NCBI GenBank assembly: GCA_002407925.1
Contig: DHPN01000030.1
Location: 3,209-67,208, forward strand
DNA: 64,000 nucleotides
DNA from: Atopobiaceae bacterium UBA5363
Lineage (GTDB): Bacteria; Actinomycetota; Coriobacteriia; Coriobacteriales; Atopobiaceae
Direction of reading: 5' to 3'
The translations under genes were made by a program, and so were the position numbers. Below the pieces are notes generated by a model. The model saw only the letters and a list, made by a program, of their open reading frames with translations, made no database searches and was not told the DNA's origin. Positions 28,140 to 38,806 of the stretch are shown here, piece after piece (the stretch's first letter is position 1; every line of letters begins with the position of its first letter).

Positions 28140-29696
28140 CTACTTAGCAACATCCACAGCACGCGACTCTCGGATGACAACCACTCTGACTTGGCCGGGA
28201 TACTCCATCTCATTTTCAATTTGTTGGGCGATATCATGTGCTAAGACAGTTGCTTGAGCATCGCTTATGTCCTCAGGCTTGACCATAACATGCAACTCGC
28301 GACCTGCTTGCATAGCATACGTGCGGTCGACACCGTCGTGGGCGTTGGCGATCTCCTCGAGGCGTTCGAGGCGCTTGATGTAGTTTTCAGCGGACTCGCG
28401 ACGAGCGCCAGGTCTCGCAGCAGAAATTGCGTCGGCAGCCTGCACCAACACGTCCAAGACCGTGTTGGGCTCTACGTCAGCGTGATGTGCCTCCACAGCA
28501 TGGACTATCTCTGGCTTTTCCCCATAGCGACGGCAAAGGTCGGCGCCGATTACGGCATGGGGGCCTTCAACCTCATGATCGATGGCCTTGCCGATATCAT
28601 GAAGCAGACCTGCGCGCTTTGCAGGGGCAGGATCAAGCCCAAGCTCGCTTGCCATAATCCCGCATAGCTCAGAGACTTGGATTGAGTGGTTCAGGACATT
28701 TTGGCCGTATGAGGTGCGATAGCGCAAGGCGCCGAGCGTCTTTATAAGCTCAGGGTGAAGGTCATGGATGCCGGCATCGAAGGCTGCTTGCTCGCCAGCT
28801 TCCTGCACGCGTTCATTAACGAGTTTTTCTGCTTTTTTATACATCTCCTCAATGCGTGCCGGGTGAATTCGGCCATCAGCAATCAGATTCTCGAGAGCGA
28901 CCCGCGCCGTTTCGCGACGAACTGGGTTAAAGCTTGAGAGCACAACAGTTTCAGGTGTGTCGTCAATGACAAGTGAGACGCCCGAGATCTGTTCGAAAGC
29001 GCGAATGTTGCGGCCTTCACGGCCGATGATGCGTCCTTTGAGATCATCCGAAGGTATGTGCACAGAAGTTACGGTGATCTCGCTTGCTTGGTCGGCTGCA
29101 CACCTTTGAACAGCCGTTGAGACGATCTCACGTGCGGTCTTGTCAGCAGAGGCCTTGACCCGCTGCTCAGAGTCACGCAATATCTGAGCCTCCTGCTTGA
29201 CGGTGTCGTCACGGACACGGTCAAGCAGCTCTTGCTTGGCGTCATCTTTGGTAAGAGTAGAGATACGCTCAAGCTCGGCAGTCTGCTTCTCGTAAAGGCC
29301 CTCTACTTCGCTGCTTCGGCTCTCAAGCTGGCTTTGAAGACGAGAAAGCTCGCTTTCTTTGTTGTCGAGCACGTCGCTGCGGTGGTCAAGCGATTCCTCA
29401 CGTTGCAATATGCGCTGTTCCATGGCAGAGAGCTCACCCTTGCGCTTTTTTTCTTCTGTTTCAGATTTCTGCCGCAGCTGCAATATTTCTTCGCGCGTCT
29501 CTACCAGTGCAGCCTTTTTGGCGTTTTCTGTTTCGAGCTTTGCGTTCGAGGCAATGCGATCTGCTTCGGACTGTGCGTCCTTGAGCCTTTGGTCGGCTTG
29601 GCGCACTTTGGAATTAGATGAATGAGTAACCGTGACATAGGCAATACCTATGCCGATTAGCAGGCATATAATGCCCACTAAGAAAATCATGCTCAT
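28140..29696 (-). CDS. rny: Ribonuclease Y
   Basis: N-terminal TM, coiled coil, KH (KGRIIGREGRNIR), HD (LLHDIGK). Confidence 0.98.
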   Translation of the reverse strand: MSMIFLVGIICLLIGIGIAYVTVTHSSNSKVRQADQRLKDAQSEADRIASNAKLETENAKKAALVETREEILQLRQKSETEEKKRKGELSAMEQRILQREESLDHRSDVLDNKESELSRLQSQLESRSSEVEGLYEKQTAELERISTLTKDDAKQELLDRVRDDTVKQEAQILRDSEQRVKASADKTAREIVSTAVQRCAADQASEITVTSVHIPSDDLKGRIIGREGRNIRAFEQISGVSLVIDDTPETVVLSSFNPVRRETARVALENLIADGRIHPARIEEMYKKAEKLVNERVQEAGEQAAFDAGIHDLHPELIKTLGALRYRTSYGQNVLNHSIQVSELCGIMASELGLDPAPAKRAGLLHDIGKAIDHEVEGPHAVIGADLCRRYGEKPEIVHAVEAHHADVEPNTVLDVLVQAADAISAARPGARRESAENYIKRLERLEEIANAHDGVDRTYAMQAGRELHVMVKPEDISDAQATVLAHDIAQQIENEMEYPGQVRVVVIRESRAVDVAK

Positions 29697-29881
29697 AATT
29701 TCTCCTTATAAAGTGCATTTTCGTGTAGTTAAGGAGACCGGAGGTAACGCCCACCTACGGAACCCGCCGCCTGAGCTAGGCTCTTACCTGCAAAAAACTC
29801 ATAAAGCAGTCTTTTGTAAAGAAAAAAAACTATATGATGTCGACAAAAGCCGACAGTAAAAGCAACTCAGAAGACCATTCT

Positions 29882-29910
29882 ACTGTATGACGGAGGCTGC
29901 TAGCTGTCAA
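29882..29910 (-). promoter_or_regulatory. Sigma-A-type promoter for rny
   Basis: TTGACA (29910-29905), N17, TACAGT (29887-29882). Confidence 0.65.
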
Positions 29911-29950
29911 TGAAGCTGGTGCTCTCCATATGAGGCATACGCAATAAGCG

Positions 29951-30658
29951 TTAAATCAATGAGGTATCTGTCGAAGCGGTGCTTTCCCGTAATCGTTGAG
30001 CTGCCGCAACCTTTGCGTCATGTAATGAGAAGCCTTTTCCGACAAGGAATCGCACAAGCTTGGCATAATCGTTCTTGCCAGAAAGCCGTCGATGTTCTAC
30101 CAGCCTAAAAGCACGATCTGGCTCAGCCTCCGCATCGATAAAAGCTTCTGGCCAGCCAGGCACGTCCTTAAGCTCAATTCCTCGTCTGCTGAGCTCTCTC
30201 TCAATGCGGTAGGTGCCCCACCCAGCGCCGAGCTTCGATCGTATAAAAACACTTGCAAAACGCATATCATCTAATACGTGGCCTCGTTTGGCGCTGCCGA
30301 TGACTGCCTCGATGGTCATCTGTCCATACCCATCTTGAGACAGTTTCCTACGGATCTCCTCAACAGAGTAATCGCGACGATTCACGAGGCCTTCAACACG
30401 TCTGATGGCACATTTAAGGGCAGACGCATCTATAGCCTTGAGTACGTCATCCCGCGAAGTTAGAGGGAAGTCAGACGAAGCCTGCTTTTTCTCTAGCCAC
30501 TTAGCGACTGCGACAGGCACGGGAATGCGCTCTTCCCTCTCTGTGCCCGCCGCAAGGATGATAGTCCCCCGAGTTCTTTGGCTTCTTATTAACGCAGACC
30601 GGCGAGAGGGAACTACGATTTTTAAGGGCTCTATGTCATCACGATTGGTGTTAGTCAT
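29951..30658 (-). CDS. recX: Regulatory protein RecX
   Basis: RRDYSVEEIRRKL, LDDMRFA, GWGTYRIERELSRRGI, FLVGKGF; directly after recA. Confidence 0.88.
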   Translation of the reverse strand: MTNTNRDDIEPLKIVVPSRRSALIRSQRTRGTIILAAGTEREERIPVPVAVAKWLEKKQASSDFPLTSRDDVLKAIDASALKCAIRRVEGLVNRRDYSVEEIRRKLSQDGYGQMTIEAVIGSAKRGHVLDDMRFASVFIRSKLGAGWGTYRIERELSRRGIELKDVPGWPEAFIDAEAEPDRAFRLVEHRRLSGKNDYAKLVRFLVGKGFSLHDAKVAAAQRLRESTASTDTSLI

Positions 30659-30666
30659 CGTTAGCG

Positions 30667-31785
30667 TTAACCATTGTTTGCAGCTGATGGCTGGTCTTCC
30701 TTATCGTTGGCAGCGATGGGCTGCCCCACTGGCTTGTCGTCTTCTATTACGAGTCCACAGGCAACACGGACTTTGTGATCTAGCTCTTCCATGAGATCGG
30801 GATGTTCCGTCAGGAAAGCCTTCGCTGCCTCATGTCCTTGGCCCAGGCGCTCTTCGCCATAGGTATACCAAGCACCTGACTTATCAACAATGCCATAGTC
30901 GACCGCCATGTCCAAGATGGAGCCTTCTTTTGAGATTCCAGTGCCATACATGATGTCGAATTCTGCCTGGCGAAATGGCGGAGCGACTTTGTTCTTGACA
31001 ACCTTCACACGAACACGGTTACCGATTATCTCTCCGTTTTGCTTGATGGAGTCAATGCGGCGAATGTCCAAGCGCACACTCGAGAAGAACTTCAAGGCAC
31101 GTCCCCCAGGCGTTGTCTCGGGGTTACCGAACATCACGCCAATTTTCTCTCTTAGCTGGTTGATGAATATGCAGGTTGTGTTTGACTTCGAAAGAGAGCC
31201 GGCTAGCTTGCGTAAAGCCTGGCTCATCAGTCGTGCCTGAAGGCCGACGGTAGTGTCACCAATCTCACCTTCAATCTCAGCTTTAGGTACAAGGGCAGCA
31301 ACGGAATCTATGACGACGGCATCTATTGCTCCTGAGCGCACAAGCATGTCACATATCTCAAGGGCTTGCTCGCCTGTATCGGGCTGTGATATAAGGACTT
31401 CGTCAATGTCTACACCAATGCGCGCCGCGTATCCTGGATCAAGCGCGTGCTCGGCATCGATGAATGCGACAACGCCTCCCATCGCCTGCGCTTCTGCAAG
31501 TATCTGCAAAGAAAGTGTTGTCTTGCCAGAGGACTCGGGCCCGAAGATTTCGACGATGCGACCACGTGGCACCCCGCCAATGCCAAGGGCAACGTCAAGG
31601 GCTAGAGATCCCGTTGGGATGGCCTCGATTTCCATGTTGTGACCATCGTCGCCATAGCGCATGATCGAGCCTTTGCCAAAGCGCTTTTCTATAGCGCCAG
31701 TAGTCTCTTCTAGGACCTTATCGCGCTCGGCACCGTAAGTCTTTTCGTGCACTTCATATGTCGTCGCTCCCCTGTTCTTTGCCAT
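30667..31785 (-). CDS. recA: Recombinase RecA
   Basis: [34 protein letters not shown]. Confidence 0.99.
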   Translation of the reverse strand: MAKNRGATTYEVHEKTYGAERDKVLEETTGAIEKRFGKGSIMRYGDDGHNMEIEAIPTGSLALDVALGIGGVPRGRIVEIFGPESSGKTTLSLQILAEAQAMGGVVAFIDAEHALDPGYAARIGVDIDEVLISQPDTGEQALEICDMLVRSGAIDAVVIDSVAALVPKAEIEGEIGDTTVGLQARLMSQALRKLAGSLSKSNTTCIFINQLREKIGVMFGNPETTPGGRALKFFSSVRLDIRRIDSIKQNGEIIGNRVRVKVVKNKVAPPFRQAEFDIMYGTGISKEGSILDMAVDYGIVDKSGAWYTYGEERLGQGHEAAKAFLTEHPDLMEELDHKVRVACGLVIEDDKPVGQPIAANDKEDQPSAANNG

Positions 31786-31823
31786 TGCGTCTCCTTGTCC
31801 TGTGATCGAAATTTATACTAATC

Positions 31824-31835
31824 GAACATGCGTTC
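31824..31835. promoter_or_regulatory. LexA box upstream of recA
   Basis: GAAC-ATGC-GTTC. Confidence 0.88.
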
Positions 31836-32081
31836 TTAGTCAATTATTGCTATAACTTTAAATAAGAGCATCTAAAAGGGCAAACGACAATCATGTCTCG
31901 TAGCTGGTACGCAGCTTGGCATATGCAGTTGAATGCCTCCTCATGCATGTTAGGCTCACATGCTTCAAGCAAGCATAGGCACACAGGTCGAAATATGCGA
32001 TATAGGAGGCAGGGCTGGTTAATTTGGAGGCTAGCCTTCTCATGATTCCGTGTGATTTGGAGCCTTTTTTCGTCTTTTCGC

Positions 32082-32609
32082 CTAGCCAAGCGCTTGTTGC
32101 AGCATTCTAAGGGCAGTAAGAACCGATTTTGTGCGAACAGTGTCACGATTCCCCGTAAAGTGATGCAGTTGCGTGTGCGTTCCGCTGGGACTATGCACCC
32201 CGAACCAGACTGTTCCCACCGGCTTGCCCGGCTCAGCTCCTCCAGGACCGGCAATGCCAGTAATTGAAACCGCTAGGTCACAGTTGAGCGCTCGGCATGC
32301 GCCTTCGGCCATCTCGGCAGCACACGGGCCAGACACGACGCCAACCCTCGGGTCATCAATGATGGATGCGTCCACGTTGAGAAGATGATGCTTTACAAGC
32401 GGAGAGTAACTTACGACACCTCCGAGGAAAGCGGCTGAAGAGCCTGGTACTGCCGTAAGAGAGCTTGCGACTAAGCCCCCCGTGCATGACTCAGCGGTCC
32501 CAAGCGTGAGCTTGTTCTGCACTGCCGTGTTGATAACCTGTTGTGCAGCCACACGAAGCTGCTCGTTGTCAGGTTCTGCAACGTCTCCTTCGTAAACCGT
32601 GGCAGGCAT
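32082..32609 (-). CDS. CinA C-terminal domain / NMN deamidase PncC
   Basis: TAESCTGGL, VPGSS, SITGIAGPGG, KPVGTV. Confidence 0.9.
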   Translation of the reverse strand: MPATVYEGDVAEPDNEQLRVAAQQVINTAVQNKLTLGTAESCTGGLVASSLTAVPGSSAAFLGGVVSYSPLVKHHLLNVDASIIDDPRVGVVSGPCAAEMAEGACRALNCDLAVSITGIAGPGGAEPGKPVGTVWFGVHSPSGTHTQLHHFTGNRDTVRTKSVLTALRMLQQALG

Positions 32610-32611
32610 CT

Positions 32612-33232
32612 CTATGCATCCTCCATAACATAAGGCCAGCACTTGATGAAGTAATCAATGCCAGACCATGCGGTAAACACAATAGCTATTAACAAAAGCA
32701 CTTCGGAAAGTGTTGTGAGGCCAAGGGAAAAAGAGCCTGCAGGAAGGCAGCGTGTCAGCAAAAGGCCACATATCGCGATCATAGTCGTTGCCGTTTTCCA
32801 CTTTCCGAGGTTGCTTGCGGCTATGACTACGCCTTTGGAGGCAACAACCATTCGCAGCCCCGACACGAGGAATTCGCGAGCAATGACAATGAACAGTACC
32901 CAGCTCGAGGTCATGCCGCTTTCCAAAAGGAAACACAGCGCTGTAACGACAGAGAGCTTGTCAGCTATGGGGTCGAGAAACTTGCCGAATGTCGTTATCT
33001 CATGGCGGCTGCGCGCGAGGTAGCCATCGAGCTTGTCAGTGAGCGATATTGCCACAAATAACAGTGCAACGCCGAACGCTCCTGCCGAAAAAGCGGAGCC
33101 GTCCGAAGGTGCGACCGCCTCGGCCGCCGCAAGCCATACTGGTACGAGAGCGATACGGATGCATGTCACGATATTTGCAGAGGTCCATAGTGCCTTTGGA
33201 GAATCTGCCGTAGCGTCCTTATCGGTGTCCAT
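32612..33232 (-). CDS. pgsA: Phosphatidylglycerophosphate synthase
   Basis: TDKLDGYLARS...FGKFLDPIADK, REFLVSGLR, GKWKT. Confidence 0.93.
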   Translation of the reverse strand: MDTDKDATADSPKALWTSANIVTCIRIALVPVWLAAAEAVAPSDGSAFSAGAFGVALLFVAISLTDKLDGYLARSRHEITTFGKFLDPIADKLSVVTALCFLLESGMTSSWVLFIVIAREFLVSGLRMVVASKGVVIAASNLGKWKTATTMIAICGLLLTRCLPAGSFSLGLTTLSEVLLLIAIVFTAWSGIDYFIKCWPYVMEDA

Positions 33233-33238
33233 CTATGC

Positions 33239-34612
33239 TCATCTCACCTTGTCTGCGTTTTCGTCTGCCGTGATGCTCCCATACAACTCATAGCATACCG
33301 AATCCGTGAGCTCGCAGTTAACAATGTCGCCAACGGCTGCCTCGCCATAGGCTATATGTACCGCTCCGTCACAATCCGGTGCTTGAAACCAAGTGTGGCC
33401 TATGAGCTCTGGACCCCTCTCCCCCTCTTCAATCCCATCAATTATGACAGAAGCCCTCTCTCCAACGTGGCGCGCTGTTGCGGCAAAGCCTGAAAGCTCC
33501 GCGATGTCATGAAGTCGTTGCGTTCGTGCACGCTTTACCTCCTCAGGTATCTGCCCTGGCATCTTGGCTGCACGCGTTCCCTCCTCGGCAGAATAGGAAA
33601 AGACGGAAATATAGTCGAACTCCTCTTGTTGAAGGAATTCTGCCAGCTCGTCCGCCTCAGCATCTGTTTCGCCGGGAAAGCCTGTCATGCCCGTAGTGCG
33701 TAGGACCATGCCAGGTATTTCTTTGCGAAGGCGCGCGAAGAGCTCAGTAAGCTGCTTGCGGGAGCCAGAGCGTCCCATGCTCGCCAAAACTCGCTCATTA
33801 CAATGCTGGATGGGAATGTCAATGTAAGGAAGAACCTCAGGTATGTCACGGATGGCGGCGATGAGCTCGTCGGTCATGCCTTCTGGTTGCAAATACAGCA
33901 CTCGTATCCAACCGCCATAGGGGCGCACAACCTTGGACACCTGGCGCAGCAAGGAAGCCAAGCTGTCGCCTTGCTCGAGATCACAACCCCAGATTCCCGT
34001 GTCTTGGCCAATGAGGACCATCTCGCGGACGCCGCCTTTCATGAGGGCATCCACCTCATTGCAAATCTCCTCTGCTGGCCGTGAGTGATAGTGGCCTCGT
34101 ATGTAGGGTATTGCGCAAAATGCGCAGTATCGGTCGCAGCCCTCAGAGATCTTCACAAATGCGCTCGCACCTTCTATTGTGCGGAGCCCAAAAGGGCTTT
34201 CAGTGTGTGGGCTGGCAAGCTTCTGCCTGCCGAGAACTTTATCTACTACATCCATGATGCTATCTTCTTCGTCGGCTTTCACGAAAGCGCTCACCTCAGG
34301 CAGCTGGGGTGCCAAGCTCCCGCCGTAGCGCGAAGGCACGCAACCGCACATGATAATAGGAGCCTTGTTTACTGGCTTTACGTCTGCCAGCTCAAAGGTG
34401 GTCTCTAGAGACTCGCTTGTCGCCGCGCTCAAAAAAGAGCAGGTATTGATCAGTACTACGTCCGCCTTTGCAATGTCTTTGGTCTCCTTAAGCCCGTCTC
34501 TGAGAAGCAGGGCGCGCATACGGTCGCTATCAACTTCGTTTTTTGCGCAGCCTAGCGTCACGATCAAAAAATTTGGCTGTGACTTCGCCTCTTCTTCCAA
34601 AGGTATTGTCAT
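33239..34612 (-). CDS. rimO: Ribosomal protein S12 methylthiotransferase
   Basis: LGCAKNEVDS, KISEGCDRYCAFCAIP, QAPDCDG; lies between rodZ and pgsA. Confidence 0.93.
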   Translation of the reverse strand: MTIPLEEEAKSQPNFLIVTLGCAKNEVDSDRMRALLLRDGLKETKDIAKADVVLINTCSFLSAATSESLETTFELADVKPVNKAPIIMCGCVPSRYGGSLAPQLPEVSAFVKADEEDSIMDVVDKVLGRQKLASPHTESPFGLRTIEGASAFVKISEGCDRYCAFCAIPYIRGHYHSRPAEEICNEVDALMKGGVREMVLIGQDTGIWGCDLEQGDSLASLLRQVSKVVRPYGGWIRVLYLQPEGMTDELIAAIRDIPEVLPYIDIPIQHCNERVLASMGRSGSRKQLTELFARLRKEIPGMVLRTTGMTGFPGETDAEADELAEFLQQEEFDYISVFSYSAEEGTRAAKMPGQIPEEVKRARTQRLHDIAELSGFAATARHVGERASVIIDGIEEGERGPELIGHTWFQAPDCDGAVHIAYGEAAVGDIVNCELTDSVCYELYGSITADENADKVR

Positions 34613-34619
34613 CCTCTCT

Positions 34620-36278
34620 TTATTCGCTGTCGTCGGTAGCGCTGCTAGCGGAATCGCTGTCTGTGCTTACATCGGTTGATGCGGTTGCCGAGCTATCTCC
34701 ACTTGTCGTGCCAGAGCCTTTGATTGTGATCGTTCCGACACCCGAAGCCTTTTTATCGAAATCCTTCTGCTCCCCGTTTTCTGTGACGGTAACCGCAGAC
34801 GGATCCGAAGCCTCTATCTTGATGGAATCTGTCACGGTATAGGTGTCTGACCAAGGGCCAGTCTTGGTTTCTGCCATAACGCTTTTACCGTCAAGGGTAA
34901 TTTCTACCCATGACACTTCGGTGTCAGCTACAGAGACACTAACCTGCACTTGAGTAGCTGTTGTAGCGGAATTATCCGCATCAGTTTGCGAGCTACCCTC
35001 TGCAGTCTCTGAATTGCTATCAGAGCTATCTGCAGAATCTTCACTATCTGTATCTGAAGCTGAGCTTGAGGATGAGGTACTAGACCCTGCAGAGTCTGAG
35101 GAAGTGTCCGTTTGTGTCTCCGAGACAGAGACTTTGTTACTGCGACTATCTCCTGAAAAATTCGAGACGCAGGTTTTGACGGAGCTGATTATAAGAATCG
35201 TCAGCGCAATCGATAGCACGACGATTACAAATATAAGCGCGCGGCGACTATCAGAAAAGAAGTCTACGATTGAACCGATGAGCCCCTCTCGCTTCGATTG
35301 CTGCTGTTCTCTTCTGCGCAGGTCTGCACGCGTTGAAGGGCTCTGGCGCCTCCGTACGTTTGGCCGACGTGTGCTCGCGATGTCACGCGAAGACATGCGA
35401 CCCTGTCGAGTCGATGCCGCCTCATAAGGATTTGCCTGGTCATCATATCGAAGGTCATCAACATATTGGCTCGGCGCAACGCGACGAGTCGTAACGTAGT
35501 CCCGCTTGACACGACTTTCTTCTTGCGCGGCCGGCAAGGGCTCATCTTCGCGTATGGGTACGCGAGGCCGGTATGTGTTGCGAGGACGTGCAGCTTGCCT
35601 CGCTGCCTCTCGCCTTGCCTCGCCTGATGCGCCATATCCATCGACGCGCACATGGTCACGCGTGCGGTTGCTCCGGTCACGCGTGCGTGCAGAGCGTGGG
35701 TCATTGGATGCCTGCGGCTGGCGTGCGGTGTAGGGATGCCCCGTGTCAGCACCTGTGCTGCCACGAAAGGCAGGACTAGCTGGATTGAACGTTCCAAAAG
35801 GGTTTTGATAGCCTTGGCGGGAATGGACATCAGACACCGCAGAGAAGTTTCCCAGATCTCCGGCGTAGCCCCCAGAAGTTGGCAGCAGGCCGTGCGCGCC
35901 TGAGTTTATGCGCTCTTGCGCCGCGCGCACCTGTGCGCCGCGCGGAACTTCATAGCTGCCATCCTCAGGATGGGAGGAGCGGCGATCTGCGGTTTTCCGT
36001 CGGAGCACCGAGCTCACTCCGCCTTGATAAGCTGCCAAGTCCTGTGTGAACTGGCTGACGACAAGGCGAGGGTTCAGCTCGAGATAGCGAGCGTAAGAAG
36101 ACAGCATTCCCTGTGCGTAGCCGCTTTTGGGCATATGGTCGAAGTCGCCTTGCTCAAAAGCCACCAATATTTCTTCTTTGAGACGCAGAACGCGAGATGC
36201 TTGAGCGGTGGTATAGCCCAGCTCTCGGCGACGCTCATAGAGCATCTTGCTAAAGGGCGGTCGTGTCACACGCATCAC
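34620..36278 (-). CDS. RodZ-like protein (HTH, long Arg-rich linker, TM, Ser/Asp linker, DUF4115-like domain)
   Basis: RRELGYT...GYAQGMLSSYARYLEL HTH, one TM helix, SWVEITLDGK C-terminal domain; ftsK-rodZ-rimO synteny. Confidence 0.82.
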   Translation of the reverse strand: MMRVTRPPFSKMLYERRRELGYTTAQASRVLRLKEEILVAFEQGDFDHMPKSGYAQGMLSSYARYLELNPRLVVSQFTQDLAAYQGGVSSVLRRKTADRRSSHPEDGSYEVPRGAQVRAAQERINSGAHGLLPTSGGYAGDLGNFSAVSDVHSRQGYQNPFGTFNPASPAFRGSTGADTGHPYTARQPQASNDPRSARTRDRSNRTRDHVRVDGYGASGEARREAARQAARPRNTYRPRVPIREDEPLPAAQEESRVKRDYVTTRRVAPSQYVDDLRYDDQANPYEAASTRQGRMSSRDIASTRRPNVRRRQSPSTRADLRRREQQQSKREGLIGSIVDFFSDSRRALIFVIVVLSIALTILIISSVKTCVSNFSGDSRSNKVSVSETQTDTSSDSAGSSTSSSSSASDTDSEDSADSSDSNSETAEGSSQTDADNSATTATQVQVSVSVADTEVSWVEITLDGKSVMAETKTGPWSDTYTVTDSIKIEASDPSAVTVTENGEQKDFDKKASGVGTITIKGSGTTSGDSSATASTDVSTDSDSASSATDDSE

Positions 36279-38806
36279 ACCTCCCGATATTTCTCTTCTG
36301 CAGACCTCAACTGCTCAAGGCCGCTCTCATCAAGTAGAACTTCTCGCGGCTTCGAACCGTCTGGCGGGCCAACGATGCCCTTTGCTTCAAGCATGTCCAT
36401 AATACGTCCCGCTCGAGCATAGCCTACCTTCAAGCGTCGCTGCAGGCTGCTCGTTGAGCCAAGGCGAGACTCTACAACAATTTGTGCTGCTTCCCAGACG
36501 AGCGGATCGTCGTCTTCTGCGCCGGCTTGCTTGCCATCGGGCGCGTTTGGCGTGACCTGCGTTAGTATTTCCTCATGATAATCGGGCTTTCCCTGAGATC
36601 TGACGAAGTCGACGACAGACTCTATCTCTTCATCAGACACATAGCAACCAAGCACGCGCCTTGTCCGGTGCCCGCGATATTTAAAAAGCATATCACCATT
36701 GCCGAGAAGCCTTTGCGCGCCGGTCTGATCGATGATGACGCGCGAATCAGTGCTCGAAGCGACTGACAAAGCGATCCTCGTTTCGATGTTCGATTTGATG
36801 AGACCGGTTACGACGTCTGCCGAGGGACGTTGCGTGGCGAGCACGAGATGTATGCCAGCTGCGCGCGCGAGCTGAGCGATACGCACAATGGAAGCCTCAA
36901 CATCTTTGCCAGCGACCATCATGAGATCAGACAACTCATCGATGATGATCACCATGAAAGGCATGGGTTCTGGCGGATTGTCCATCTTTGACAGTTTGCC
37001 AGAGACGCACATCTCATTATATGCACCGATGTTGCGCGCTCCGGCGCGTTCGAAGACCTTAAGTCGCCGCTCCATTTCTGAGACCGCCCACTGCAATGCG
37101 CTTGCGGCTTGGCGAGGCTCAGTGACGACTGGCACATAAAGGTGCGGCAACCCATTGTAGCCAGAGAACTCAACCCGTTTCGGATCGACGAGGATGAGTC
37201 GCACCTGCTTTGGCGTATCCCGCATAAGAATGGACATGATAAGAGAGTTGATCATCACCGATTTGCCGGAGCCTGTCGCGCCGGCAACGAGCATGTGCGG
37301 CATTTTTGCGAGGTCCGCGATCACTGGGCGCCCCTCTGAGTCACGACCAACAGCAAATTCGAGTGGGCCGCCCTTCGCATAAGGCAAGACGTCACCCAAA
37401 TGCACGTTCTCGCGCCGTTTGTTGGGAATTTCTATGCCTACCCGCGAAGTGCCAGGTATTGGCGCGAAGATGCGTACAGATTCGGCAGCCAACGTCAATG
37501 CAATGTCATCTTCGAGGTTAACGATTTTATTGACTCTCTCCCCTTCCCCCATTTCAACTTGAAATGTCGTGACAAGAGGACCAGCCACATAATTTACCAC
37601 CTTGCTCGTCAGGCCAAACTCTTCAAGCGTAGCCTGCAGACGACGCATCGTGGAAGCCAGCTCCTCGTCACTTGAGGCAGTCTTCGAGCTATGGGGATTC
37701 GAGGACAGCATGGAAAACGGCGGCAGCTCATAGCCTTCCACTGCATCCCCTGGCCGCCGGGGGGCAAAGGAGGCCTTTATGGCTGGCTTTGCCTTCTTTT
37801 TTGGCAAAGCCCCAGACTCATGCGTAGATGCGGGCTCTGCTTTTGGCTGAGCGGGAGCCTGCTCTTTTTGCCCTTTCAAAAAATCAGGGATTGTTACCGA
37901 TGGCTTTAAGCACGCCTCATCTTGCTTGACACCCTTCGCATCACTGTGCAAAAGCATCGTGGGCATTTCAGTGGCGGAGGAAACGTCTTGGCCAGCCTTA
38001 GCGGGCTCAGCCAGCTTATCCCTTCTCAGAAGCTCTGTTGGGGCATTTTGTGACGCGGCATCCGTGCTGCCCCTGCGCAACACAGACGTCTTGCGAGCTC
38101 CGAGAAAAGTTGTAGCTGCCGCCGCGGCATCCCTGGGTACCTCTGCTGTGATTTCATCATCTTCATTTTGGAGCTGCTCAGCTTGAAGCCCCTCAGCTCG
38201 CTTTTGAGCTTCTGTCGCAATGCGGTGCCGCTTCATCTTGGCTACAACCCCTGAGATCGAGAAGCCACAGACAACAAGGCCGACGACGACCATGCATACG
38301 AGCAGGACCGCCCCAACGCCAAACCCCACCGATTTAAGAAGGATCCATGCAATGCCACCACCAACATAACCGCCTCGTACCGCTGCGATCGCAGGAGCCA
38401 AAATGATATCAGGGGAAGCTTCGGCACCTGGCCATATGAGTGACAGAAGGCTTAGCATGGCCAAAACGATAAGAGCGAGACCAGCTGCCACATGGCCAGA
38501 GATCAAACTGTCATCATCGACAAAAAACGTCACCGCAAAAACTAAAAGGGCAAGTGGACACAGAAGCGCGCCAGCTCCAAAGCAAAGGCGGAGGAATTCG
38601 CCCGTCGCCTGGGTGACAGGCGCCTGCGAGACTCCCGTAAGCGCGATTATCATCGCAACAGACAGTGCGATGAGAACGACGCCAATGATGTCATTCACCT
38701 GCGCGCTATGCGCACAAGGAGAATTGAGTGGCTCATTGCCTCGTAGAGACCTTCCTTGTTTGCCAGCCCGTGCGTTTGCTACGTTTGATCTGCGTTTTGA
38801 GGGCAT
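36275..38806 (-). CDS. ftsK: DNA translocase FtsK
   Basis: N-terminal TMs, AGATGSGKS, IIDELSDLMM, ATQRPS, gamma domain LQRRLKVGYARAGR. Confidence 0.97.
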   Translation of the reverse strand: MPSKRRSNVANARAGKQGRSLRGNEPLNSPCAHSAQVNDIIGVVLIALSVAMIIALTGVSQAPVTQATGEFLRLCFGAGALLCPLALLVFAVTFFVDDDSLISGHVAAGLALIVLAMLSLLSLIWPGAEASPDIILAPAIAAVRGGYVGGGIAWILLKSVGFGVGAVLLVCMVVVGLVVCGFSISGVVAKMKRHRIATEAQKRAEGLQAEQLQNEDDEITAEVPRDAAAAATTFLGARKTSVLRRGSTDAASQNAPTELLRRDKLAEPAKAGQDVSSATEMPTMLLHSDAKGVKQDEACLKPSVTIPDFLKGQKEQAPAQPKAEPASTHESGALPKKKAKPAIKASFAPRRPGDAVEGYELPPFSMLSSNPHSSKTASSDEELASTMRRLQATLEEFGLTSKVVNYVAGPLVTTFQVEMGEGERVNKIVNLEDDIALTLAAESVRIFAPIPGTSRVGIEIPNKRRENVHLGDVLPYAKGGPLEFAVGRDSEGRPVIADLAKMPHMLVAGATGSGKSVMINSLIMSILMRDTPKQVRLILVDPKRVEFSGYNGLPHLYVPVVTEPRQAASALQWAVSEMERRLKVFERAGARNIGAYNEMCVSGKLSKMDNPPEPMPFMVIIIDELSDLMMVAGKDVEASIVRIAQLARAAGIHLVLATQRPSADVVTGLIKSNIETRIALSVASSTDSRVIIDQTGAQRLLGNGDMLFKYRGHRTRRVLGCYVSDEEIESVVDFVRSQGKPDYHEEILTQVTPNAPDGKQAGAEDDDPLVWEAAQIVVESRLGSTSSLQRRLKVGYARAGRIMDMLEAKGIVGPPDGSKPREVLLDESGLEQLRSAEEKYREV

